A stretch of DNA of 64,000 nt from Podarcis cretensis (GCA_951804945.1 OX638152.1:59892001-59956000), one strand, 5' to 3'. Counted from the first letter of the stretch, positions 1-14,035 are shown. A program made the numbers and translations. Notes: generated by a model from the letters alone, not told the origin.

Positions 1-760
1 GTGCTGGTGGTGATGGGGAAACAGGAGGCGTAGCCCCTCCTAACGGTTCCGGCTTTGGGGGATTGCCAAGTTTTCTTTGACTTAGGGGAACTCTGGGGAT
101 GACTAATCGCACGCCAAGCTGGGGTTTACAAGGGTTTTCTTTTCTCGTCACCCGCAGTTGCTGACCCCGCTCGCTCCAAGAAAGGAGCTGCGACAGGCGG
201 CTTCTGAGAAGGCCGAACAGCCAGGAGCCCGAGTCTGGGCCGCGGGGAAATTCCCTCGCCAACCCCGGAGAGAAAGGTGCAGCTCAAGGCCAGAGCCTGG
301 AGATCGGGGGAGGGGGGTGAGCGGCACTCTTCCGGCGCGGAGCGAAAGCTGCCCGCCTGTTCGGGCGCCCTTTACCCGGGCGCAAAGTCTTGCTCGTTGC
401 TCTACAGTACCCTCTCTCCTGCACACTTTCACTTCGGAAGTTTTTAAGGGCTGCAGCCTAGAGAGGGAGGCTCTGGAATTGCTGCCTCCTCGCAAACTCC
501 TGCTCATTTTAATAGGGTTTACTTTCACCGCCTGCCAGCGGCTTGGCTGTGTCGCAGCAAAAGCCCTCAGGCAGCAGGGCTAACACATGCGGTGCCATCC
601 TACGCCTGTTTACAGGGAAGTCGATTCCCGCTGTACTCCGGGGGGGCGGGGGGGGGGGCTTATTCAGCAGCGTGCTTAGGGTTGCAGTCTTCGATGCGGG
701 AACACGGTCAAAGAAGATGATAGCTGAATCGATGTGCGTCCATACTACGTTGCAATCCCT
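1..760. promoter_or_regulatory. CpG-rich segment (edge of an upstream island)
   Basis: Frequent CpG, dropping sharply after ~800. Confidence 0.6.
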
Positions 761-1800
761 AATCACACTTACTTGGAAGGAAGCCTCGCTGGTGTCTACC
801 TACCGATCAGAGGTGTTTGAAACACCAGTGTTATACACTAAGGCTTAGATCTCATGTACACTGATGCGGACTTCATCCTCATTTAGTTTCTCAACACAGA
901 GTAGGCATGGCTGGATGTCTCATGAAAACGTAATTGACATTTCCTTCCGAGTTATCATGTTCAGGGCCAGCACTACCATTAGGAAGAATGGGGCAGTGGC
1001 CTCAGGCAGCAGATGCTAGAGGGTGGGCAGGGAGTGGGTGGTAGGTGTTGGGGAATAGATGCAGGTGTTGGTGTCGGGGGACAGATGTGTGTGTGTCAGG
1101 AAGGTTTTCCTTCAGGTGTGGTGGATGCTATCTGTTCCCAATGTTGAAGCAAGATCTGATTTCCAGTTTGGCTTTCTTCTTTCTACATATGGAATGGGGA
1201 GGGTCGCCATCTTGACCTTTCTTCAGGCAGCAGAATGCCTTTCTGAGCATGTTTATGAACACATATTTATCTAGAATTATTTTGCCTCCTGTTTAGTCTC
1301 ATTGACATCAGTGGAACCTGTTTTGAATTACAGTTATGATTTTAGGTTCTGAATGTCAGAGTTTGACACTTCAGGGCCCCTTCACTCCACATTGGAGCTA
1401 AGGACAAATATTCAATTGACTTTAATGTCTTCAGAGACTACCTGGCCTGCTTTATTAATTGTTATAACTGTAATCCTCCAGATTCTGATCTGGAGTAAGC
1501 ACTTTGCACCTGATTCCTGCTACCTCAACATTAAGGAATACTGCGGAAATCAGCTGAATTATATGGAATTTATAAAATCTGCTATTATTCTTTCACATGG
1601 GGCAGTGCTTTCAAAATAATATTTTTTATCACAGCCCTGTCCTTGAGAGGAAGCTTAGCTGCAGTAAAAATGAGTTGCTAAAAACAACTGGAGTGGTGGT
1701 TGTGTGAGGTCTGAAGGCTCATTCCATTCACTTAAGGTGTACCTCACTTCCTCCCTTGAAAAGCATTGTCTTTGAGGGGGTGTCAGGAAACCATTTGGAA

Positions 1801-1976
1801 CATAGGAAGTTGCCTTATGCTGAGTCAGACCATTGGTCCATCAAGCTCAGTACTGCCTACACTGACTGGCAATTTCATAGCAGGGTCTCCTCCAGCCTTA
1901 CCTGGAGATGAAGTGATGGATGGAACCAGGGATCTTCTGCATGCAAAACAGATGCTCTACAACTAAGCTATGGCTC
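1801..1976 (-). mobile_element. tRNA-derived SINE (Squam3-like)
   Basis: Reverse-complement similarity to 40723-40899 (CATAGGAAG..CCTTAT.CTGAGTCAGACCATTGGTCCATC..AGATGCTCTAC). Confidence 0.75.
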
Positions 1977-4900
1977 TTCCTGTATGCTTGATCTGTGTTG
2001 TTGGTTTCACGTTGGAAAGTATTGGAATTATGACTTCACAGTCAACAGTGATACCCTCACGTGTGACAGTGAGATCAATGTGAATATTGGCTTCCATCCA
2101 CCTCATTTCACTAGCAAGTTTGCTTGGGCTACATTTTTTAATGTGTGGAGCACTGTGGCCTTTACACCCACTTTTTAAAGCAAGTGATACATACCTGTGC
2201 TTTTATCCTGGTTGCCCATTTGAGTACAATCACTGGAGTCTGAAACAAATGGGCTTTACTTCAAAGTATTGCATCTAGGTTCAGCTTGGTAAGAGGTCTG
2301 CGGACAACCTCCAAGCTTGGCTTTTCATGGTCCTGCTTCCTTAGTCCTTTATCCTTCTGAGGAGGGTTTTAGGTAACCACAATTACAGAGGAATTCTGTT
2401 TTGCGCTTCTGGTACTTTGTTGGTACTGGGAAGCAGCCTTTGCCTTACCTCACAACTCTAGTTCAGATGAAGAGAGCAGAGGGAAAGCTGGACCAGCCAG
2501 CTCAATATGTTTTGCTACAGAAAATGTGTCCCCAAACTCCTCCTCTGCCACCTTCTGCCTCTACCTGAGGTGACTGGAGACAGCCTGGAGAAGCCCAGTG
2601 TGCTGAAGAAGGTGGGGGAGAAGAAAAAAAAAAGAGGCCAGAGAAGGGGTGGGGAGAAGGTAGGTGACAATGCACAGGAAGCAGGAAGCAGTACGTTCCT
2701 TGGGGGGCCTGAATCTGCCACCCCTTCCCAGCTGTTCCCATCCTGCTATCTGCAGTGACTGCCTTGCCAAGAGTTGGGCTGGCCCTGAGGGAAGAAGCTA
2801 CTGGGCCTCAGCATACCTAAGGTCCCAGGTGCCTGAGGAAAGGTGTTTCCTTTATAATGGCTTCTGAGACCTCAGTTCTACTGTAAGCAGTCCCCACATG
2901 CTGACACTCCCACAGGACCCTTGCGGACAAAGAATTACCTACACAGTTTCTACAAAGTGATCAAGCCACCAGCCCCTTCCCCTACTTTCTGCACAGCTGT
3001 TCTGGAAATTGGCTATTGTGTCTCTGTGTTTCAGAGATCCAGAGGCTAGATTAACAAATCCTTGTAATTTCATTACTCCCTAATGTGGCCAGTTATGGCC
3101 TGGAATAGAGGAAATGGGTACATTTTGGCTTGGCCAGGATTAATCAGGCAGAAGGAGTTTGAAATTTTAGATCGTCTTTCTTGTGGTTTTAAGGAGTGTG
3201 CTTGTAAGCAGATGTTTTTCCATGGCTAGCCAGTGTGCTTGATTCATAGCCAAACTCACAACCTAGTTAAGAAGGGTGCAGCTGAGGTTGTGTCCATGTG
3301 GCTCTGTTGAATTTCCATGGGATTCTTTGTTAACCTGTCTGTGTATTGGGCTGTTTTTAGACTGGGGAAGGAAGCAAAAAAATTTATCCCCTTAACAAAA
3401 TATATTTTTGTTTTAATTCCATGTTGATTTTTCTTTAAGTCCTTCCCTTTGCAGGGAGTTGGACTAGATGACTCTCAGGGTCACTTCTATCATTGTAGGC
3501 CAGATTGTAGCCACTGACTACCTAAACCGTTTCATCTGCATCCCTAGACCTGTAAGGTTCTGAAAAGAATGTCCATGTTTTGAATCTAGAAATAATGGCA
3601 TTCACACATGACACATTCCTTACTTTAGAAAGTTCCCAATGGCATTTTGCTAATAGGCTATTACACTGGTGTTGCCTCTCTAACTTAAAAACACACACAA
3701 AGAAGCCAGGAAGTGTCTTTGTTAGGAGCCTTCAAAATAATCAGTGGTTTTATTTTAACTAGCACACTATTTAAAACACTTTAAAAAAAAGAAAGAAAGA
3801 AAGAAATGAAGGCTCTATCCACTTCACACAATTTCTCCGGCCCAGCTCTAACAATCCGCATTGTCATTTCCTTCGTGCTCAGGCAGGCCAGAAAATTTGC
3901 TGTTGCTGCGTGAGCTCCTCAGCATGAACGGAAAATCCAGCTTGGCCACAAGGACTGTTCAGCGCTACGCTCTCTCTCTCTCTCTGGTGTTCCGGCCTGC
4001 TTGCTGCTGCGGCTGCGGCTGCTGCTGCCGCCGCCTTTAGTTCTCAATAAAAAGGAGCCCAGATACAACCACCATGGTGGCTCCAGAGAACCAGCTGCAC
4101 ACAAGGGCAGCCCAGGAAAAGAAATGGCTTCCTCCTCCCCTCCTTTTCAAGCAGAAGGTGGCAGAGAATGATTCATCGCCTGCATCCAATAATTAAAACA
4201 AAAGCCAGTGTCGGCGGAAAGAAACCCTCTCTGGAAACTAACAGCATTTCCCATTCCCGGGAGTTGGGAATGCAATTTGGTAGAGGGATCACGATGGCTG
4301 GTTTCCGGGCCTAATTTTCACAGTGAGGTGATAAACCTGTGCCTGGCTGTGTCACCTCAGAAAGCAGATAGCGGTCGAATGCTCCTTCACAGAACACACA
4401 CGCATGCACACAAATCCTGCACCCAGAAGACTAGCATGCCATAGAGAAGGATTCTAGCCTATGTTTCTACCTAGCGTGCTAGTTTTCTAGGTGCACAGAA
4501 TATTCTTCCATGGCGGAGCATTTTGTATTTTCCAGAGTGAAGTGGCACAGCCCAGAAAGACATTTTACCATCACAGTGAGAACTAGGCTCTGGTCCTGAG
4601 GGGGTGAGGGCTGTCTCTCTCTCCACCCCCCCTCCCAGCCGACTGCACATTTATGAGTTTGGCTGTAGCCTCTTCCCAATTTCTAAGGGTATTTATGGTT
4701 GAAGGTTTTTGTACTCCAGCGTGTGCTTAAAGTAGTGCTAACTTCGGTCACTCTTGGATAAAGCCCAAAATACACTTGGCACAAGTTCAGGGTCACCCCA
4801 TATGTTATTGTGGGGAAGGGCTGCAGCAGACATTGAGAGCAGGGTAAAAGTGACCACTGGTTCAAAATGAGTCCCGTCCATTGTGCTGGCAAATGCTCCT

Positions 4901-5065
4901 ACCTTCCTTGAGATCCCTTGCATGTCAGTGAAGGTTCAGGTACTAAATAGGTGCTGCCCTGTGATTCAAATAAATTTCCTATACTTTCCATAGCCCTGCT
5001 TCATAAAGTTCACACAATAAGGCATTTATTGAAAGTAATCACTTTGAAGTTGGAAGCATTGTGAA

Positions 5066-5116
5066 AACCAACCAACCAACCAACCAACCAAATAAATAAA
5101 TAAATAAATAAATAAA
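5066..5116. repeat. (AACC)n(AAAT)n compound microsatellite
   Basis: Direct inspection. Confidence 0.9.
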
Positions 5117-5203
5117 GCAAGCTAATGGATCATGGGCTGCCTTGCACATCTGGAAATATATTTCTCGAAGGAGCCCTGTCTGTGCACAAATTGAGGGATA
5201 TAT

Positions 5204-5333
5204 ATAGAATCGTAGAGTTGGAAGGGACCACAGACTCATCTGGTCCAGCCCCCTGCAATGCAGGAATCTTTTGCCCAACATGGAGCTTAACCCATGACCC
5301 TGAGATTAAGAGTCTTCTGCTCTACGGACTGAG
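5204..5333 (-). mobile_element. Second copy of the tRNA-Lys/CR1-tail SINE
   Basis: Reverse complement of the 37841-37983 element. Confidence 0.85.
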
Positions 5334-7559
5334 ATGTAAATCTCATGGAACTCCCCAGGACTTATTTTCCAACTCAACATGCACAGAATTGATTGGGCTG
5401 GTCTGAGTAGGAGTTGCTTCCAAGTAATGACTGTTAGGATGGTTCTGCAGTCTAACACTGGAGGGGAAGCCGAAAGTGATTTCAGCTAGATGTTGTGAGT
5501 CAGAGGTTACTTGATGTGGAGATAAAGGCTGCAGTCCTACTCATGAGGACTGAAGAACTTCCCATCCTCCAGATCTAGTGACACTCCCAGCTCCCATCAA
5601 ACCTAGCCAGCATGGCCAGTGGTCAGGGAGGATGGAAGCTGTAGTCCAACAACAAGTGGAAGAGGAGGTTCCTCAGCCCTGCGATACACACTTCCCTGAG
5701 AGCAAGACCCATCCATCTTAACAGGACTTCTACTTAATACTTATGAACTCAAGGAAAGCTAATCTAGTCAATTATCCTGTTCTCACAGTGACAGTGGTGG
5801 TTGTGGGACCTGTGACATTCCAAGTGTTTTGCACTACAGCTCCCATCATCCCTGACCCTCGGCTGTGCTGGCTGGAACTGGTGAAGTCCAGTAGTAATAG
5901 CTGGGGCGCACAGATCAGCCATCCTTGCTGTTCGGCATCTTGGCCTCTTGCTTTTGTTTTAAGGGGGGGGGAGAGATGTTTTTGTTGTTTGTTTCTGCAG
6001 GAACTGAGCCTTTTGCTGAGAGGCAAAGGTCGAGACGTGTGAGGAGGTGATCCTTTTGCCCTCTCCTTGTTTATCTTCTCCGCCTCCTCCACCCCACCCA
6101 CCCCACCCCACGGCACAGCAGGGCCCTGCGTGGCAGCTGCATCTGACTGCGAGGAGAACTGGACAGGGTTGAAGACAGTAGCCCTTTCACAGACTGTCAC
6201 CAGCGCTCCGTGATTGGCTGTCAGAGCAGCGCGAGGCTTGTCCTACACTCGCCCCCCTTCCGAGCCGCCCTGCAAGGCATGTCACTGCCTTCCCTTTCCC
6301 GGCTGCACCCCAGAAGTGACAGACAGGCGGAGGCCGAGGTGTGCGCTCTGCTGGGAAGAGCTGCTCTTGGCGAGTCCCTTTGGAAACCCTCCCAGGATTT
6401 CCAGCCCCAGCATGCAAGACAATCAAAATGGCCGAGGTAGTAAACAGCCACAAGTGGCTGCCGTTCAGCCCTCGATCAACGGTGTGTTGTTGTTGTTGTT
6501 GTTATGATGGTGGTGGTGCTGTTGGTGTTTCAAAAGCGGGCTTAAATCGAGCCTCCTTCCTACAGGAAGGCCATCTAAAGCCTTCCCAGTTAACAAAAGT
6601 GTTTCCTGTGTCGCTACCTCAAGAGTAGGAAACCTAAGAACCCCGATAGTTCTTCTGGCACACCAGGCAGGTTGGGCTGCATTGCCTGAGGCGGAGAACC
6701 AGTTTCTGCAATGCAAGGAAATCTTCCTCAGGTAGATCTGCCTGAAGAAAAATCCCGTGTAGTTGAAAGGCTCTGCTCTTTCAATAAAATATATGCCTCG
6801 AAGCATGTGATACTGCATCTTTGTGGGAGGGCCACCTTATCGGAGGGAAGGATGAGGATGAGCTGTTTGGAAATGGCTCTCTCCTTTGCTTTGGCCTCCT
6901 GGCACGACCAATTTTTGTCTCCAATAGGGCTAAAGGGGCAGTTTCACTCCACTGTTTCCAATACAGGTTTATGGCCATGTCCACAGAAACCCCTATATTC
7001 CGATTTCAACAACAAAAATACCCAGTTGTTAATATGCTTTAAGTCATTTTCTTACAAATGGCAGATGAGGTGCTAAACCGACACCTGACTTACCCTACTA
7101 AGCACTGCAGGTCTTAGGATTGTTTTTATTTTCAAGGAGAGGGCATTCAGTCAATCCGATACCGCGCAACCAGATGTCAAGGAGAGCGGTTCTGTGTAGC
7201 CTTCTCCTTAACGTGCTACCCTGCAGCGGCTGCATACACAATACATTTAAAGCACATTTAAAGTGCATGGTTCTCCACAGAGATTCCTGTGGAGTCTGTC
7301 GCGGTAAACTACAGTTCCCAAGACTATGTGGGGGAAGCTATGTATAGAAATAGGTGGGTTTTTAAAAAAATATTATTAGCAGGGTGATGGTGTCTCGAAG
7401 CATTCCATCAAACGAGCCCTCAGGTACTGTCTGAAATCAAGACAAATGATTGCCAGCGACACAATCTGCTGTTTGTGAGAAGTAGGCCTGGGGGAGACTG
7501 GAAAATGTAGGTGAAACAGGAATACTCCCCTCCCACACACTCCGGAACCCTTTGTTCAT

Positions 7560-7838
7560 TGACACTTTCACCCATTATGAGGTTGCTTCTGTCTCCTGCA
7601 GACAGAATGGCTGCTTTCTGCCTAGGAAGCTAGAGTGGATTGTGGGACAGCCTCACAACAACCTGCGGACCGTCCACCACAGGCGCAAAAAGCAAGCAAC
7701 AGACCCGTAGATCTGTGACGCGCTGGCTTTGGTGGAACAGTTGTTCCTCAGCTATCCAAGGTTGGAGCCTTGGTTCGCTCCAGTCTATCTGATTGTGGTG
7801 CTGAACCAGAGAGAAGACGTTAGCTTGAATGAATGAAT
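7560..7838 (+). mobile_element. Possible degenerate Vingi/Ingi-like LINE 3' end
   Basis: Frameshifted remnants FLPRK..W, WDSL.NLRT.H and DCGAEP resemble the C-terminal LNRLRTGH..CDCG motif; ends in (TGAA)3. Confidence 0.35.
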
Positions 7839-8019
7839 TTGGCTCTTGTTTAGGCCTCATAAAAGCAGAATAATAAAAAGAATACTGGCAATTATATACG
7901 TATACTTTTAGGGTTGAGAGTGTTTTAAATGCATACTAAGCTAGAGGAGGCAGAACTTTATCTGTGACTCGTCTGCCTTTCATAGCTGCTTCTTTTTTTT
8001 AACGTTTCAGGGTTAGAAG

Positions 8020-9700
8020 TCGAGGCCTTGTGGCTTCTCTCTCAGTTGCCGGTGCGCTGCATCTGTGTCACATGCCTCACAAAATCTGAAACATGTTCTT
8101 TCCTGTCTGCCGAGCGCGCACCGGAGCTCTGTGTGCGCCAGGGCCAACGCCAGCCGACGTTTCCACTCCAACTGCAACCGCTGAGAGTTGAAAACATGGT
8201 CGTCCCTCCACGCCTACTTATGTTTACGCAGAAGTAAGCCCCATTGATTTCAGTGGAACTTGCTCCCCAGTCCGTTTGTTTAGGATTGCAGCCCAAGTGT
8301 GTGACTTTCCAGGACGTAACACAATCCCTGTTAGAAACTTGGCAGGGGCAGCCGGAGAGGTTTTTCGCCTGCGAGCACACATTTCGATCACTTTGGGGCC
8401 AGCAGAAAGCCACGCATTGCTCCGCCACCCATTGGCCCAGGAAAACAGCACGGACTTCCAGCCCCGGCCCCCCTCTGCTGCCGCGCCAGGTGTGTGTGTG
8501 TGTGTGTGTTTTAAGTGGGGGGAGGGGAAAAAATCTTAATTTCAATGTCTTTTGTTTTCCTGATGGTGAAATCAGGCGTGCAAGAGTGGTCAGAGCCTCT
8601 GTCTAAGGCCAAGCCAAGGTGGCCTTGTTTTGTTATTCAGATTTCTACAGTCCCATTAAAGCAGGCTCCCAGGAAGCGGCGGCCACGGCTTGATTTAACG
8701 CACACTCAAGCAGGGCCATTCAGAGCTCGGGAGAGCGCCGGGTTATTTATAGGCTTTTTCCTCGGCGCTGTGCGCCGCCGTAGCCAAGCAGACCGCTAAT
8801 GAATTTAATCCTGGCGACACCCTTAGGAAGGAGAAAAGGACTGAGTCACGGGCCGAGGTTGATCAGGCCCGGGGCCTCCAGCGCGGCGCGGCTCCGGTGA
8901 TTGATTACGTGCCTTGCCAAGAGACCGGCCTGCTGCTTCGGGATGCAGCGCTGCCTGGAAAAGGGGCCAGCGGGGAGCCACGTGGAGTTCAGAAAAGAAG
9001 GGCCGGTGTCGTGTGAATCCATTGTCGCGCCAAACAGCCAGAGCGAGGCGAAAGGCTGCAGCTACGCGGTTCCCCTCGCCTCCCAGCTCCGCAGAGAGGC
9101 GCTTCTGGCCCGTCCTCCACAGCAGCGCTGCCTTCAGGAGGTCTTTAAACGCTCGGCGTGCCCGCAGCGGCTGTTTTTTTGGCGTGGATTTCCCTCTCCG
9201 ACGCTTTCGGTCCCGAGGAGCGCCAGCGTCTACGGCTCGCTGGCTCCGCTCGCTCTCCAATGCTCCTCTTCTCTCCCCCCACCCCAGCGCAACGCACAAC
9301 GGCCTGACCCGAGGGTCAGCTCTCCGAGGAGGCGAGGGAGGAAGGGAGGGAAAGAGGCCTGGCGATTTGCGGCCTCAGTTCCTTCGGCGAAGGCTCCCTC
9401 GGCGATTCTGCTTAGCAAAACACAGGCGGGGTGAACGCGGGGCAGGGGGTAGACTTAGCGACCGAGACGGACCCCCCCCACACACACACACAATGCCTGA
9501 GGAGCTCCGGAGGCGTTGCGTTTGCAATCTCTGGGAATCCTCACCGGGTGGGGGTGGGGAAGACAGGCACTCAAGGGGCGTAAAATAAAATCTGAAAACA
9601 AAAACAACCCGAGTGATCGCTAAGAACTTGCTTAGAAAGACCCTGCGCGAGCAAATGTTCCGGGTCCTTGAGACGCGGAACGTCTAGGCAGCTCAGTCCA
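8020..9700. promoter_or_regulatory. CpG island upstream of the putative TSS
   Basis: High CpG density, with an AT-rich motif-dense core near 8690-8830. Confidence 0.7.
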
Positions 9701-10072
9701 TCATACAGTAAACTGGTTAAACAATGGCGTTAATGAAACCAGTCTTACAATCCAAGGACTTCGACTCAGTTGTGTTGCTCGGCAGGCAGGTTCAGTATTT
9801 CCACTGTATTTTTTATTTTATTTTTAAGGAATTTGTCCTTTCCTTTTCTGAAGGCTCGACCATACACACTCAGAGACTCAGAATGTTTTTTTGGGGGCTA
9901 GAGCCGCCGCACATACTGTTGTGACCATATTCAAAGGTTCCTCAGAAAATTAAACGGATATGATTTTAAAACCGTTTTAAATACAGAATCAACCCACTTT
10001 GCAAGCAAACATCTACACTTGCTTGTCCAGAAAAAAGAAGCGAAAGTAAAAGCAGGGCATTTCGACAAGGAC

Positions 10073-10144
10073 TCCCTTTTTAATCTCTGGATACGGGGGA
10101 AATGCAGTTTTCCCTTTTTTATCTCTGGATACGGGGGAAATGCA
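10073..10144. repeat. Tandem duplication, 38-bp period, two copies
   Basis: TCCCTTTTT(A/T)ATCTCTGGATACGGGGGAAATGCA at 10073 and 10111. Confidence 0.9.
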
Positions 10145-13100
10145 TATGTATCTAACAGAGGCCTTCCACCCCCACCGCCATCCAGCTGCATGTCTGTACC
10201 TCACGTGTGCTCCGTCTAATAACTTTTAATGTCTAGCCCTAAAACGTCTTTATAAAAAATAGCTTTACAATGTAATGGGCCAGGTGTCCTTGCACTCTTT
10301 GCCGGAGATTGAAAAAACGTGTAGGATGGTTTTCAGATGCAAAGCTCATAAACTGGGAACAATATGCAACCCACCCCCTCCATATCGGATTTTAAACTCC
10401 ACTTCCAGGCACCTCTGGAGGAAAACCTTCCCGACGCATTTGCAATGCACACACTTCATTGGCAACTTGTTTCTTTACTCTCCCCTCCCCTCCCCCTTAA
10501 GAGTATTTACCCTCCAGCTTGGGAAAGCGATGCCTTTTTGCCATTTCTATCAGCTGGTTTTAAGAAGCTGAAAAGCTTGTGTGCCCAGCGTTTCGGGTTA
10601 CAAACGGTAGATATCTTTCACTTCTGCTTTGAAAGCGAAGAGGAGGCTTTCCTCCCCTCCCTCTCTCTCGTATAGATGCAAGCTAAAAATAAAATCCAAC
10701 AGAATATTAGCTTTCTGGCTAGAAATAGGTATCAAAACAATCAAGCGATTATTCATGAGATAAGAACTTGGGGTTTAGGTTTCCAAATCCTTCTAGCAGA
10801 CTCTACTTTTAAGAATCTCCTGCTTTCCATTAAAACGTAAGAGATTCGCATAATTAAAGAAGGAAATTGCATACTGAGTAAGCAACTTTTTTAATCAAGG
10901 CAAATGTTGCTAGGGACCGGGTTTAAACATTTCCCCTTCTTTCCCACAGATTCCTGGACTTCGCGAGGAACAGGCTGGCGCGCTCGTCGGCGTTGAAATA
11001 GCTAATCTCTCGGGATGCCGCAGCTCCTAGCATACTTACCTAGGTATAAACAGCTTATGCAGGCAACATAAGAGTGTTTTAAGGACGCTGGAGCGAAAAT
11101 TAAAAGCGAGGACTTGGTATAATCACCTCTGTAGTCAGTGACAATAAAATTCCATTCAATTCCACCCGGCTGGTTTGTGCTCCCCTCCCCCCACGCCCTC
11201 CTCTTATAGCTAAAAACCGAGACACGTCTAATCCGAATCAAACAAATCCCGGACCCCAAACTTTCCTGACAAGCATGTTTAGGGTTGCAGCCCTGTCGGA
11301 TTACCAGTGGAAGCTACACTCTCACGAGTAGGGACCCGATACCTCTACAGCGCAATCCTGTGGCACGTTTCCTCAGAAGCAAGTTCCACTGTGTTCAGTG
11401 TGGCTTACTACGAAGTAAACGTGCAGAGAGGAGGACTGCAGTGGGAGCCAGTGATTCCCCCCCTGATGCTGCACACACCATCCTGGTTAAAGAAGTGTCC
11501 CTGAATGAGCGAGGGGGCGCGCGCGCGCGCACCCCCAACACACACCACCACTTCCCGAAGTCTATAGGGTTAAATCTTGTAGCCGGCGCCGTGCTGTTAA
11601 TTCCAGCAATCGCTAGGAAAGCCATAAAGAATCACGCGCTGTGCGAGGGAGAACCGAACAAGCGAGGATCAGTCAAGATGGGCGTCCTGAACCCGACATT
11701 TACTAGCTGACCTGCCGAGTCAGCGCTACCAAAGTAAGTAGATACGCAAGATAACGACCATCCCGGCGAGCGAGAGATCAAAAGGCCGGCAGAGCAATCT
11801 CCAGCCGGTACTAGAATTACAGCGAAGGAGGGGGGGAACCCCTCTCGCCCCACCTTCCCAAGCGATTCACACGCCGTGACAAAAAAAAACCTGTTTGGGA
11901 GTTTCAGAGGTGGGAACCACGCGGTACCTTGTTTAGACCCCAAGGGGGAGGGAATCGGTTCTGGGGGCACTCCGAAAAGTAGCTTCTTGAGAACCGAATG
12001 GTTCTCCTCACCCAGAAAGGCTCGAGGGCAAAGGGGCGAGAAAGAAAGCCCCACGTCGGAGTATGAAAACAGCGACTGGTGGTAAAATGAAGGATGTTGA
12101 AGAGTCGTGGGTGCAGGGGGTACACTGGAGGGGAACGGTGGCTTGCGTGCTTCTGGAAAGGAGAGATAAAGGGAAATTGCTCGTTTGGAGGGAGTCTTTA
12201 AATACAGGTTGGGCTGAAAGCGGGACACCACACAGTTATCTAAAAAAAGGAAAGAAAAGAGAGGGCTGGAGAGGCATTTTCCCCCCAGGGGAAGAGTGGT
12301 GGCCAGATAAGACTGGGAGAGAGAGAACACGAAGAAGACGTTCCACTTTGGGCAGGCTGTGCGCGACAATGGAACGCGCGCGGGTGGGGGGAAGAGGAGG
12401 GAGGGGGAGGGGAACAAAGAAACAGCCCATTTGGGGTTCTCAGGGAAACGCAGAGAGGCAGATGAACGTGGGGGGAAGAGGGAAGAGCGCGGTTTTCCAC
12501 ACCTGAGGAAATATATATATATCTATATTAGGCGCGTGAGGGGGGGAGGAATGAACAGGCAGCGCCGTCCTCCTTCCGCCTCATACAAGGTTATGAGGAT
12601 GCCGCTTACGAGGTGGAGGGCTTCGCCTTCTCTCTCACCCCCCTGTTTGAAAAGACTCTTAATGAAGGGCTGAGGAAAAGGGGGAAAAGGGGTCGCGAAC
12701 AACACACACGCGACACGCGGGAAGGTGCTCTTGCCAGAAGCCGATATTGAGGCGGAGAAGAGCCCGCGCTCGCTCGGCTTGGCGAGGAGGTCGCGGAAGG
12801 GGGAGAGCGAAGCCTTCTGCCGCGGGCGAAAAAAGGAGAGGAAGCCGGGCGGGCGGGCGGGCTGGCTGGGGTCTGGCTGCGCCTGCTGCTGCCGTTGCCG
12901 CCGCTGCCGGGGCTTTGACAGCTTGGCGAAGCGGAGGGAGAGGAGCTTTATGGTAATTGCGGCTCTCTCTCCACTGGCCTTCTGGGTAGCGAGCGGAGCC
13001 GAGCAGGGAGTCTGGCGAGGGGGCGGGAAGAGACTTTCCCCCCTTTTTTCCACCTCGCCTGGTCAAAAAGGAGAGCGGAGTCTCCTCAGGGCGCCCTCAG

Positions 13101-13682
13101 GCAGGGCAGGGCAGGGCAAGGCAAGCAGAGCGAGGAGGAGAGAGAGGGGAAGGGGGGGGGAGCAGCCAGGAAACGCCGCGGTGTGGAGGGGGAATCAATT
13201 AAGGAGAGAAAGCGAAAAGCCTTGGAGAAAGGGAAAAAAGGAAAGAAAAGAGGCAGCTCCGGGAGAGCGCGGGGGAAAGAGAAGCCTCGCTGCTGCTGCT
13301 GCTGCTTGGGAGAGTGGAGTGGAGGTGGCTGTGCTGCCGCTGCCGCTGCCGCGGCCTCTACTGGCGGCGGCTCCCTGAGTGCTGAGCCCGCCGGGGGAGG
13401 GGAGGGGAAAGAGGAGAGGGCGGGGAAGGGAAGGAGGAGGCGGTGGAGGAGGAGGAGGAGGCGAAGGGGGGCAGCGTGCAGCAGACGGAGCCTGCTCTCC
13501 CAGCGGCAAGGTGAGGAAGAGCGGCTTTCCCGGTGGATTAAATCCCCAGAGCCAGCCCAGCCACACACACGCACACGCCGCCGCCGCCGCCAGGACGCGG
13601 GGCTCTCGCCAGGGAAGAAAGAGCATGTAGGCGCCGTCGCCAGGAGCCGTCGAGCCCAGCCCGGAGCAGCCACACCAGCAAC

Positions 13683-13745
13683 ATGGCGCTGCCAGAGCCG
13701 AGCCGTCGGGCAGCCGGAGGGAGCCTGCTGCTGGCGGGGTGCTGA
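13683..13745 (+). other. Upstream ORF (20 aa, MALPEPSRRAAGGSLLLAGC*) overlapping a YY1-type motif AACATGGCG
   Basis: aacATGG strong Kozak context and TGA stop at 13743-13745, about 200 nt downstream of the putative TSS. Confidence 0.6.
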
Positions 13746-14035
13746 GCCTAAGCGATAGTCAAGCGGGGTGACCATAGGTCTCGCTCCCCCCCCCCTTCCA
13801 ACCCGCGCAGCCCCAGCTGCCCTGCCGAGGTCCGCCGGTGGCCGGATTGTCCGACGTGGGGGCAGCCCGGGTCTCTCTCCTCCCCCCCCCTTGGGCTCGG
13901 AGGTTGGCAAACTTTTCTCGCCCACCCAGACTGAGAGTGGCTCGCTTTGGAGAGCATACGCTACAAGCGACGCCGGAGCGACTCCGCGGCGGCATCTCCG
14001 GAGCCGAGGCTAAGGTCAGCGCTCTCCCCTTTGAA

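Noticed and set aside
12579-12598. CCTCATA-6nt-TATGAGG hairpin
   Set aside because: A 7-bp stem is expected by chance many times in 64 kb.
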